Shown here: one piece after another, positions 38,100 to 46,904 of the stretch
Numbering within the stretch: the first letter of the stretch is position 1
How the letters are laid out: each line of letters starts with the position of its first letter
Origin: a virus
Virus record (IMG/VR): IMGVR_UViG_3300044701_002822
Location: 12,828 to 76,827 of that record
Direction: 5' to 3' (one strand)
DNA length: 64,000 nt
Notes under the pieces: model-generated
What the model was told of the DNA's origin: nothing
Databases searched by the model: none
Seen by the model: the letters and a program-made list of their open reading frames with translations, nothing else
Program-made: the position numbers and the translations under genes

Positions 38100-39061
38100 G
38101 TAAAAACGAATGGGATCCTCTAAAAAAGGTAATAGTTGGTGTTGCTGACTATTGTCGTATTCCTGAAATGGATAAAAGTTTACGAGTAATAAATTATGCT
38201 GACCGTAAGGATGTCAGCGATGTTGTGTCCGGATTATATCCCGATCAAGTTGTTGAAGAAAGCAACGAAGACTTAGAAACCTTTGTAAAATTCTTAGAAG
38301 GTGAAAGTGTTGAAGTTGTAAGACCCAATCGCTCACCATCAGTTGAATATTACAACTACTGTCCTAGAGATACTGTATTTGTTCACGGAAACAGATTGCT
38401 TGCAACTCCTATGAGTTTACGAGCAAGAAGTAGCGAGTTTCATCATATGCTCCCTCATATAGCAGGTGTAGAACTTAGCCCGAGATATAAAGACGACGAC
38501 TTGTATGATGAAACCTGTGTAGGTGATCCAGATCGTCTTGCTTTAACTGAAGTAGCACCTTGCTTCGATGCTGCTAATACAATACGTGCAAATGATGATA
38601 TTTTGTATTTGGTAAGCAACAGTGGCAACAAAGCAGGTGCTGCTTATTTACAGGAGTGGGTAGGAAATCCAAAAGTTCATATACTTGAAAATGTATACAG
38701 TTATATGCACATAGATAGCACTATTGCATTTTTACGTGAAGGACTATTACTTGCTAATCCTAGTAGAATCAAAAGCCGTGATGCATTGCCAGGACCCTTC
38801 AAAAACTGGGATATTATTTGGGCACCAGAACCGATAGATATGGGTCATTACCCCGGATATTGTAATGCAAGCACCTGGATAAATGTTAACTTGTTTAGTG
38901 TTAATCCTAATCTAGTTGCACTAGAGGAACATCAAGAACCTACACGCAAGGCGTTAGAAGCACATGGCATCGAATGTGCTATGTTGCCACTTAGACATTC
39001 TAGAACCTTAGGCGGATGCTTTCATTGTTGCACATTAGACCTTGTGCGTGAAGTCGGGTAG
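38087..39061 (+). CDS. Amidinotransferase (glycine/inosamine-phosphate amidinotransferase family)
   Basis: NEWDPLKKVIVG, CPRD, FDAAN, HIDST, GGCFHCCT (Asp/His/Cys catalytic residues). Confidence 0.93.
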   Translation: MNIYSKNEWDPLKKVIVGVADYCRIPEMDKSLRVINYADRKDVSDVVSGLYPDQVVEESNEDLETFVKFLEGESVEVVRPNRSPSVEYYNYCPRDTVFVHGNRLLATPMSLRARSSEFHHMLPHIAGVELSPRYKDDDLYDETCVGDPDRLALTEVAPCFDAANTIRANDDILYLVSNSGNKAGAAYLQEWVGNPKVHILENVYSYMHIDSTIAFLREGLLLANPSRIKSRDALPGPFKNWDIIWAPEPIDMGHYPGYCNASTWINVNLFSVNPNLVALEEHQEPTRKALEAHGIECAMLPLRHSRTLGGCFHCCTLDLVREVG

Positions 39062-39790
39062 TTTTAACAACGAGGAAATAATTTCAGCAGTTTCTTTATG
39101 AAACTTCGGACCATCGTGTTGTCCATCTCTGGCTTTGTCTCTGGCTAACGGATGTATGTGCCAAATCTTATATCTACTACGCTGTAGTTCTTCTTCTAAA
39201 TCATCATCCCAAGTGAAATTAAGAACAGGCACGCCCAACATCTTCCAGCTATTGTTCACTGCTTCAAACCAAGACCATACATTGAGACTAAGATCTCCTG
39301 TGTCTGTGATATAACGTTTTCCCCACCATCTGCCGTCATGAGTAGCTGTTTCGCTCATATCTTCAAATCTTATTCCGTAGTTTTCTTTAAATCCAAAACT
39401 CTTTCTGTGTTTTTGAGGCCATTGAATTATCACAATTTTTGGTTTAGGCAGTTGTGAATTTATCCACATAAGATTATTTAAATAAACAAAGTCAATACCT
39501 GTGGCTTGTTTAGCAGCATTGTAGTAATCTATACCAAGTGTTTTAGCAACTTGATCTATCCAAATTTGTTCTACATTTAAACCAACACCTTCGGTATAAC
39601 TACAGCCATAACTTAAAATAAAATCATTATCAAGAGTTTCAATTTCTTTTGTTCTATAGCCAAGACTGTTGAATTTATATTGTATTGGCCAACGAGGATT
39701 GATAACTCTATCAGTACTAAAAATAGCAGAAGTTTTATTCATATATGAATAATCGATTATTATTGGTGCATCAGGTTTAATCAAGTACAT
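39035..39790 (-). CDS. SGNH/GDSL-like protein
   Basis: YKFNSLGYR...YGCSYTEGVGL...QWP...ARDGQHDG. Confidence 0.72.
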   Translation of the reverse strand: MYLIKPDAPIIIDYSYMNKTSAIFSTDRVINPRWPIQYKFNSLGYRTKEIETLDNDFILSYGCSYTEGVGLNVEQIWIDQVAKTLGIDYYNAAKQATGIDFVYLNNLMWINSQLPKPKIVIIQWPQKHRKSFGFKENYGIRFEDMSETATHDGRWWGKRYITDTGDLSLNVWSWFEAVNNSWKMLGVPVLNFTWDDDLEEELQRSRYKIWHIHPLARDKARDGQHDGPKFHKETAEIISSLLKLPDFTHKV

Positions 39791-39801
39791 AAAAACTACC
39801 T

Positions 39802-39829
39802 TATAAATACAACATATTTAAAGTTGGAG
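39802..39829. promoter_or_regulatory. Overlapping divergent late-type promoters plus RBS
   Basis: Plus TATAAATA 39802-39809 and GGAG 39826-39829 before GTG 39835; minus TAAATA 39820-39815 before ATG 39790. Confidence 0.68.
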
Positions 39830-39834
39830 AAACT

Positions 39835-41154
39835 GTGAGTTATCAAATTTGGTACTTGTCTATATATTTTAGACCAAAAAACAAACTTTTACCAGAGTTA
39901 ATTAAAAAAGACGGTACTAGAACACCCTTAATGGACATTGGTAAAATAGAAATGTTAATGCTAATGATAAAAGAAAGTTTTCTTAGAAATGAGGACAGAC
40001 CGGTATTAATTTTTAATGGCACACATTCTATAGAACATCTAGATAAGTTGTTTATAACACCAAGACATAAGAAATTATTACAAGAAGAAGAGTGTGCTTT
40101 TTATTTTTTCGAGCCTCTTACACATTACATTTGTAGAGAAGGACGTGATCCAAATTTAGAACCTCATATTTTAAGATGCAATAACGATCCTTACGAAATT
40201 GCCAATGTTCGCTGCTTAGAGTTAGACAGTTTGCAAGCATGGGTAGAAAAATACAACATAAAAAATTTGCATGTTTACTGTACAGATTATAAAAGCTGTG
40301 AATATTACAAAGATCTTTATCCAAATTTAGTTCTCAAAGAAATGGATTTTTTTGTAAGTTGGTACTGTACTAGATATATGGCTCAAATAATTAGAGGTGA
40401 TAGTTTAGGCCATTTAGAAAAAGAATATATGAAGCCCGAAAACATTACAAAAAAGTTTTGGAGCGGGGCTTGGCGATATGATCCTAGCAGACATTTTATT
40501 ACTGCATATCTTGCTGGAAAAGATTTAATAAAAGAAAATAATGTAAGTTTTTATTTTAAACTTCCTAACTCAGAATTTAAAAGACGTATGTGGTTTGGAT
40601 GGAAAGAGTTTTCATTAAAATTTCCTCGTATGGCCGAGATATTACTAGAAGGCAATACAAAATTACAAGAACTAGTTCCACTAAGTATAGAAATTGACAA
40701 CCCAGCGGCTTTAGAGGAACGTGCTCAAGATCCCGAAGCAGACAGCGATGGCAAAAACACAAGAAAAAATCACGATCCTGTCAATTCTTATTTAGAATCA
40801 TTTTGTGCAATTGTACAAGAAACACGAGTTACACAACCGTGGGCAAACATCAGCGAAAAAACTCTTAACGCAATGAAAAATTATAGACCATTTGTAATTG
40901 CAGGAGCACCAGGAACAATAAAAATGTTGAAAGACATGGGCTTCAAAACGTTCGATCGTTGGTGGGACGAAAGCTACGACGATGTAGTTGGAAACAAAGA
41001 ACGTTTGGTAAAATTGTGTGAAACAATTGATTACATAAACAATTTTAGCATAGAAGAAATGAGAGAAATATACAAAGAGATGACTCCCATACTAAAACAC
41101 AACGTAGAAAATTTTGCTAAAATTGAAGACTGGTACAACAATCGGAATATTTAA
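39835..41154 (+). CDS. Glycosyltransferase-like protein ('TEK', GT10-like family)
   Basis: WRYDPSR...AIVQET...ISEKTLNAM...PFVIAG...MGFKTFDRWWDESYD. Confidence 0.65.
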   Translation: MSYQIWYLSIYFRPKNKLLPELIKKDGTRTPLMDIGKIEMLMLMIKESFLRNEDRPVLIFNGTHSIEHLDKLFITPRHKKLLQEEECAFYFFEPLTHYICREGRDPNLEPHILRCNNDPYEIANVRCLELDSLQAWVEKYNIKNLHVYCTDYKSCEYYKDLYPNLVLKEMDFFVSWYCTRYMAQIIRGDSLGHLEKEYMKPENITKKFWSGAWRYDPSRHFITAYLAGKDLIKENNVSFYFKLPNSEFKRRMWFGWKEFSLKFPRMAEILLEGNTKLQELVPLSIEIDNPAALEERAQDPEADSDGKNTRKNHDPVNSYLESFCAIVQETRVTQPWANISEKTLNAMKNYRPFVIAGAPGTIKMLKDMGFKTFDRWWDESYDDVVGNKERLVKLCETIDYINNFSIEEMREIYKEMTPILKHNVENFAKIEDWYNNRNI

Positions 41155-41906
41155 ACAAAGTTATCTTCAAACAACTTGTTTGCCCAATATTCGTGAGCTT
41201 GTTCCTTATGATGATGTAATAGTTGTCCTTCAATGTTGAATCCATTGTTTAGACAATTTTCATAAAAACTTTGTTTAATATTTGTAAACCCTTTAAAATT
41301 AGAAGGATCAACTCTACTTCTATAATACAAATAACGATCGTTACTGTTGCACTCTTCAAGAGCATTTCTAAAAATGTAAGGTATTTGATGTACCTTCAGC
41401 ATATTTTGCAAATTAATAATATTCATATATCTGTTGATATCCCAATGAACATCGCTAAAAAAGTTAGACTTTGCAATATGTTGTGCCATCCACATTTCGT
41501 GTTCAGGTACAAAACTTTGATATCCAGGATGTACATGTCCAACATTTTCGTCAGGCACAAACGGAATAAATTGCCAAAAAATTTCATTTTTAATTTTTGG
41601 CATGCCTGTATGGAAAAATTCTGTTCTAGCACTGCCAGTCCAATGAATCAAAAACAAACTGTTTTTTGCTTTGTGAATATTATCTTGCAACCAAAAATTA
41701 CTGGTTCTAAAAATGTAATCATTGCTAGCACCAGGCATTGCAATGTTGGTATAGTCAACACCTAAACGTCTTGCAAGTTTAGCACCAAAGCATTGCAGTC
41801 TGTTGTATTCAGTATCTCCAAGTCCGCTACCTTCAATTTCACTGCCTGCTGTATGACTGCACCCGTTTATAAAGATGTGTTCGAAGTTGTATTTTTTAAT
41901 TATCAT
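41151..41906 (-). CDS. SGNH/GDSL-like protein
   Basis: FINGCSHTAG, NIAMPGASN, HWT...R, C-terminal HH. Confidence 0.72.
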   Translation of the reverse strand: MIIKKYNFEHIFINGCSHTAGSEIEGSGLGDTEYNRLQCFGAKLARRLGVDYTNIAMPGASNDYIFRTSNFWLQDNIHKAKNSLFLIHWTGSARTEFFHTGMPKIKNEIFWQFIPFVPDENVGHVHPGYQSFVPEHEMWMAQHIAKSNFFSDVHWDINRYMNIINLQNMLKVHQIPYIFRNALEECNSNDRYLYYRSRVDPSNFKGFTNIKQSFYENCLNNGFNIEGQLLHHHKEQAHEYWANKLFEDNFV

Positions 41907-42532
41907 ATTATCTCAAAAGGCCATTCGCCCGAATTTACTTGTAACAATAATGCATACACTTGTTTCATATCAACTAAACCGTCTGTATTATATTGTTCAA
42001 ATCTCCAAATATCCATTTTACCAAGAATAGGTGTTAACATGTTCATGGGTAAAAAACTATTTGCATTAGACACACATCCATAAAAATCATGTACTCTTAT
42101 ATTGTTATTTAGGTCAACATAGGTGGTATGAGGATAGTAATTGATTTTTAAAACAGTTTTGCTTAATTCAGCAAGTATGTTTTTGATTTCGTTGTGATGT
42201 TCGTCAATTGTTTTTTTATCTTCTAGAATATGATTTAAACTGGTATCATACCATTTAAAAAATACACGTCTACTAGTTTTGTCAATGTCAATTAAATCGG
42301 GTGCAAATGTTTTGTTTTGAAAATGTTCAAGCCATCTTATTTCATTATCGAAATAAAATTGAGCTATATTGTCTGTGTATAAAGTTCTATCAAAAAAGTA
42401 TCTTTTATCAATATTAAAATCCATGCAAAAAACATTTCGGTCAGGACTAATACGTGGAACATAAACAAGGTTAGCACGTAATTTACCACCTTGTTTATAT
42501 TTGTAAAAAATGTCCCAGGACGAAATGTCCAT
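41903..42532 (-). CDS. Atypical protein-kinase-like-fold protein
   Basis: NEIRWL...APDLIDID...VFFKW...KINYYPHTTY...VHDFYG; start set at the ATG at 42532 (TAATG overlap). Confidence 0.55.
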   Translation of the reverse strand: MDISSWDIFYKYKQGGKLRANLVYVPRISPDRNVFCMDFNIDKRYFFDRTLYTDNIAQFYFDNEIRWLEHFQNKTFAPDLIDIDKTSRRVFFKWYDTSLNHILEDKKTIDEHHNEIKNILAELSKTVLKINYYPHTTYVDLNNNIRVHDFYGCVSNANSFLPMNMLTPILGKMDIWRFEQYNTDGLVDMKQVYALLLQVNSGEWPFEII

Positions 42533-44658
42533 TACCATTTGCCTTTATTAATATATCTGTAATTAAAACTAAAATCAATAGTATCATTTAGTTTTTGTTC
42601 TTCTTCTAGCAAATCAGTAAAATCTTGATCGCCTCTACCTGTTTCCAAATCCCAATCTGGCTTGGCAATACGTCTTGCACGTTTAGCTGTGTTACTCATC
42701 ATACGCGAATAATCTTGTGCAAAAAACGGACCTTTACGGCCTTCGGGCGGAGGTAAACGATTGTCAAAAGGATTGTCTATTTGTTTAAAATCCCAACTGA
42801 AATCTGCATCCCAGTTTCCTGCATCATTAATACTAAACTTGTAAACAGCATTTAACATTCCTGGGCCAAATTGACTGCCAAATTCTTTTAAATCAATATC
42901 AGGATTAAATCTTATTTCGGCGTCATAACCTCCTCTTGTACGCCAAAGCATACGAAAGAAAGGCCACATCTCATTTACAAGTGTATCTGCAAATGGACTA
43001 ATACCAGGTTGAATAATGTTGTAGTCAAACTGTTCGTACTCGTCAATTTCTTTAATTGTATCAAGATTGTGCAAGTTGATTATGTAGTGTTCACGTTTAA
43101 GGCTATCACGAATAGGATATCCAAACGGCGTTTCTGTACATCCGCTTATAAGATCTAAAAACATATGAAATGCTTTTACACGATGCATAACATGAGTACC
43201 ACCTTTTGTAAAGTCATTGGTAATCCAATGACCTTGGTACTTGTGATAACTTAGATTGAATTTGTGCGGATTTTGGCCCATAATAGTTTCAGGACCTTGT
43301 CCGTATCCAACACCTGCTCCAACGTTATTGATATTCATATTACGCATACGCCACAAGAATGTCATGCTGTCTGCAAAGTCTTTGTGATCTTCTGTAGGAA
43401 ATCCTACAATCCAATTGGTTGCAGCATAAATGCCAACTTTTTTGCCGTCGCGGAAGTTTTGTTCCATTTCTTCAACAGTAACACCTTTGTGCATGTCATC
43501 AAGTACTTTTTGACTTCCACTTTCAATACCATAGTTAAGCATGATACAACCGCCTGCTTTGAGATCTTTGAAATATTCAAGATCCATACGGCCATCACAT
43601 CGTGCATAACCTGTCCAATGTATTTTTAGACCCTTGGCATCTACTGCTTTACAAAATGCTCGTAATTCATTTACGTTACCATTTACAAGACTATCAATGA
43701 ACCAAAAGATATCTGTACCTTTGTTGTAGTACAACCATTCAACTTCTTCAATTAAGTCAACTGCTTGACGTTGACGGTATTTCCAGAAGTGAGTTTCTTC
43801 GCAGAATGTACATTTTGCAGTACATCCTCTACTAAATTCAGTGTTAACGCCATTTGGAATTTCGTATTGACTAAAATCAATACTTTCATAATCCGGCATA
43901 GGCATGCTGTTGATATTGATCTTTTGATTGAATTCTTGTTCAATGAATTGAGGTTCGTCGTGTTCTTTACCTAATTCAATATCAGCAAGAATTTTTAATA
44001 TTGCTGCTTCACCTTCTCCATTTACAACATAATCGTAATAAGGATGACGTTGAAACCAACTTTTTTGTGCATTACTGCCGCCGACTGCGATCTTAATATC
44101 TGGACGCAGCTCTTTGATACGTTGTGCCATCCATTTTGTAGGTTCTTCACTAATATAGTATACTGTGAATCCTACAACTTGAGGATTAAGTGCAAGAATT
44201 TCATGTACTGCTTCTTCAAGCATGGGTTCAAGTACAGGATGAATATCTCTCATGTAACTTTCGCCTTCCCAATGCCAACTTGCACTAGGATCCCACAATC
44301 TAAATGGAAACAGTTTTAACGGACGCCATTCGTGTTGATACTTGTTGTATGCACGAACATTAAGATCTAAAATGTGTGTTTCATAACCGGCAGTTTTTGC
44401 AACACCACTTAGACGTGCTAAATTAAAAGGTGGAAACTGTGGTGCCCATTCAGGACATAAGACTAATACTAATTTTGTATTGCGTCTTTTATAATCTACA
44501 TATACCGGAGTTAGATTTTTTTCTATTAATGCAGTAGGGCGAGCATAAGGCTTAATTGCCTCTAGCATATTAAGATGTTTATCATCAGCAGCATTAGCAG
44601 AAATCTTATCAGGTATTTCAGGTTGTGCTTTTGCTAATCCTTTTAGATTAAAGTCCAT
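42532..44658 (-). CDS. Cobalamin (B12)-binding radical SAM protein
   Basis: PPFNLARL...DLN...VGFTVY...VGG...GEGE; FSRGCTAKCTFC; GIESGSQKVL; IVGFPTE. Confidence 0.93.
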   Translation of the reverse strand: MDFNLKGLAKAQPEIPDKISANAADDKHLNMLEAIKPYARPTALIEKNLTPVYVDYKRRNTKLVLVLCPEWAPQFPPFNLARLSGVAKTAGYETHILDLNVRAYNKYQHEWRPLKLFPFRLWDPSASWHWEGESYMRDIHPVLEPMLEEAVHEILALNPQVVGFTVYYISEEPTKWMAQRIKELRPDIKIAVGGSNAQKSWFQRHPYYDYVVNGEGEAAILKILADIELGKEHDEPQFIEQEFNQKININSMPMPDYESIDFSQYEIPNGVNTEFSRGCTAKCTFCEETHFWKYRQRQAVDLIEEVEWLYYNKGTDIFWFIDSLVNGNVNELRAFCKAVDAKGLKIHWTGYARCDGRMDLEYFKDLKAGGCIMLNYGIESGSQKVLDDMHKGVTVEEMEQNFRDGKKVGIYAATNWIVGFPTEDHKDFADSMTFLWRMRNMNINNVGAGVGYGQGPETIMGQNPHKFNLSYHKYQGHWITNDFTKGGTHVMHRVKAFHMFLDLISGCTETPFGYPIRDSLKREHYIINLHNLDTIKEIDEYEQFDYNIIQPGISPFADTLVNEMWPFFRMLWRTRGGYDAEIRFNPDIDLKEFGSQFGPGMLNAVYKFSINDAGNWDADFSWDFKQIDNPFDNRLPPPEGRKGPFFAQDYSRMMSNTAKRARRIAKPDWDLETGRGDQDFTDLLEEEQKLNDTIDFSFNYRYINKGKW

Positions 44659-45622
44659 GTATTCTCTCTTTGGGTATAATAATGTCTGTTCCGCAATGAC
44701 AGTGTTCTTTATTACATATAACAGGTTTTAAATCAAATGTCAAGTTTTCATCTAATATGTTGCCGTGGCGATTTCCTACACCGCAACTTGCACTGCTAAT
44801 TTGTCCAATAGGATTTATAAAAAGTGCATCATCTACATAACATTTCCACCCACTAAAAAAGTTTTGTCTGTCAGCAATAATTTTATTACTGTTTGTGGAT
44901 TCTATTACTCCATTGTCATAATGACTAATACTAATAGCACTGTTTTCTCTATAAGGTTTTGGTAAACGCATCATAGTTTCAAATCTTGCGTTTTCTAGAA
45001 ACTCTACTTTTGCAGGATCATCATATTTCCACGGTCCAGCATTCACACTCATTTCATCAAACAGAGGTGTCCATTCTAAGTTATAGTTAGGCACTTCGTT
45101 ACGTACACGTTCACCAAACTCGGCTACTTCCCAAAAACGTTCTTCGTGCATCAACATCTTGGTGCAAAGATAATCTACCTTATCGCAAAGAAAACGTGCA
45201 TTTTCAATATAACGATCTTTTTTACTAAATTCAACATGAAAACTTGCAACAATGTCATCAAATAACTTGTAGTGTTCTTCCCAATAACGCAATGGTCGTG
45301 ACAGGTTTGTATTAACTGCCACTGTTAAACTATTTCCTAGCCAACCTTTTAGATGCTGTGTTAATGGAATAAAGTTTTCCCAATGCGTAGGCTCGCCGCC
45401 ACTGTAAAATATTTTAAAATGTTTGTAGCCACGATCTTTGTATTGTTGGAAAATATTAGTAACATTTCTAATATAAACATCTAAGTTACTGTTGTTACGA
45501 CTGTCACCAGACCAGTTTCCTGGGTTACAATAGCTGCACTGAAAATTGCAAAAATTGTTTACTTGCCAAGTAATAGTTGCATACGGTTCTGCAATAGGAG
45601 TAATTTTTACTAACTTAGACAT
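44648..45622 (-). CDS. Radical SAM protein with C-terminal Cys cluster
   Basis: ITWQVNNFCNFQCSYC; SGGEP; FSGWKC...ASC...CNKEHCHC. Confidence 0.92.
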   Translation of the reverse strand: MSKLVKITPIAEPYATITWQVNNFCNFQCSYCNPGNWSGDSRNNSNLDVYIRNVTNIFQQYKDRGYKHFKIFYSGGEPTHWENFIPLTQHLKGWLGNSLTVAVNTNLSRPLRYWEEHYKLFDDIVASFHVEFSKKDRYIENARFLCDKVDYLCTKMLMHEERFWEVAEFGERVRNEVPNYNLEWTPLFDEMSVNAGPWKYDDPAKVEFLENARFETMMRLPKPYRENSAISISHYDNGVIESTNSNKIIADRQNFFSGWKCYVDDALFINPIGQISSASCGVGNRHGNILDENLTFDLKPVICNKEHCHCGTDIIIPKERIHGL

Positions 45623-46904
45623 ACTTTCTTAACCACTCCATTTCTGGAAACACATTCCAAAAATCTTCTTGCCGATGTTGATCTAACCCATGGTTTTTTT
45701 CGAAAAACTGTTTTAATTTTTCTTGGTCTAGTTTTCCTGCATTCATAAATTGAATGACACTATCAATTTTGCCAAGTACGTCCTTAACTACACCTGGCTT
45801 TGCAATAATACGATCTTTGATCTTATCATATGCCCATGCTTTGTAGTCAATATACTTTGCTCGTAATTCTATTTTTACATCTTCAGGAATATTATCAATA
45901 CGCATAAAATCTGGTCCAGTAAGCACATTAAGTCTACAGTTTTCAATATCTACCAATCCACGTTCTACCCAATCCATATGAAAGTCTGGCCAATTCCAAG
46001 CGTTATACAAACTGATAGTAGGCGTAAGTTCAAAATAAACGTGCGGCAATTGTTCGAGCATTTCGATTCTGTTGCGTTCTATTTGCTGCCAATCAGTGCC
46101 GTGACGTATAAATTCAGCTCTTGCACCATTGGCATCAAGGCTTGCACTAACTTGTATGTCTTGGAAACTTTTCCAATAGTGGATGATACTTTTCTTTTTA
46201 AAACGTAAATTGCTAAAGTTTGTAGTATAACGCAATCTTACATCTGTTTTGCCTGCTGCAATCCATTCATCAAGTATTTTGTAGTGTTCGTTTGTAATCA
46301 AAGGTTCGCCGCCGGCCCAATACACTTCTTCTACATCCGGCAAATATTTTTGCAGTTGATCCCAATAATTCTGATGTTTAGCAATATTAACAATGATGCT
46401 ACCGTCGTTACGTAATATGTTAGCAACTTCATGCTCGCCATATAGTTCGCCGTGTTCTTGAGCATGTAAACTACTAAGTTCAGGACCACAAGTTCTGCAC
46501 TTCATGTTACAGATATTGCTGAATCTAATGTCCATGTATGCCATACGCATATCTGATTCAGGAATACTACCATCAGATGCAGTCTTTTCAACCAAGTCAA
46601 AATGTTTATCACCAAACCACTGATTGTGATTTTTACGCAGTGTCCAAATATATGTGCTGTCTTCTAATTCGTAGCAACGTCTGCAACAGTCGAGTTTTTT
46701 ACCTTCCAGCATAGCAAGACGTAGTTCTTTGTAGCGTTCACTGTTCCATACTTGCTCGATAGTGCCTTCTTTAACATTACCAAAAGGTTGATCGCTATCT
46801 GCAATACAGCAAGGCATTGCACGACCATCTGGCCATACGTGCATATGAATCCAAGGTAAAATACAAAAGGCTTTGTTTTCGTTTAGTAATATATCTTTAA
46901 GCAT
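45615..46904 (-). CDS. Radical SAM protein with N-terminal twitch domain
   Basis: FCILPW...PCC...CRRC, then RFSNICNMKCRTC; AGGEP. Confidence 0.93.
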   Translation of the reverse strand: MLKDILLNENKAFCILPWIHMHVWPDGRAMPCCIADSDQPFGNVKEGTIEQVWNSERYKELRLAMLEGKKLDCCRRCYELEDSTYIWTLRKNHNQWFGDKHFDLVEKTASDGSIPESDMRMAYMDIRFSNICNMKCRTCGPELSSLHAQEHGELYGEHEVANILRNDGSIIVNIAKHQNYWDQLQKYLPDVEEVYWAGGEPLITNEHYKILDEWIAAGKTDVRLRYTTNFSNLRFKKKSIIHYWKSFQDIQVSASLDANGARAEFIRHGTDWQQIERNRIEMLEQLPHVYFELTPTISLYNAWNWPDFHMDWVERGLVDIENCRLNVLTGPDFMRIDNIPEDVKIELRAKYIDYKAWAYDKIKDRIIAKPGVVKDVLGKIDSVIQFMNAGKLDQEKLKQFFEKNHGLDQHRQEDFWNVFPEMEWLRKYV

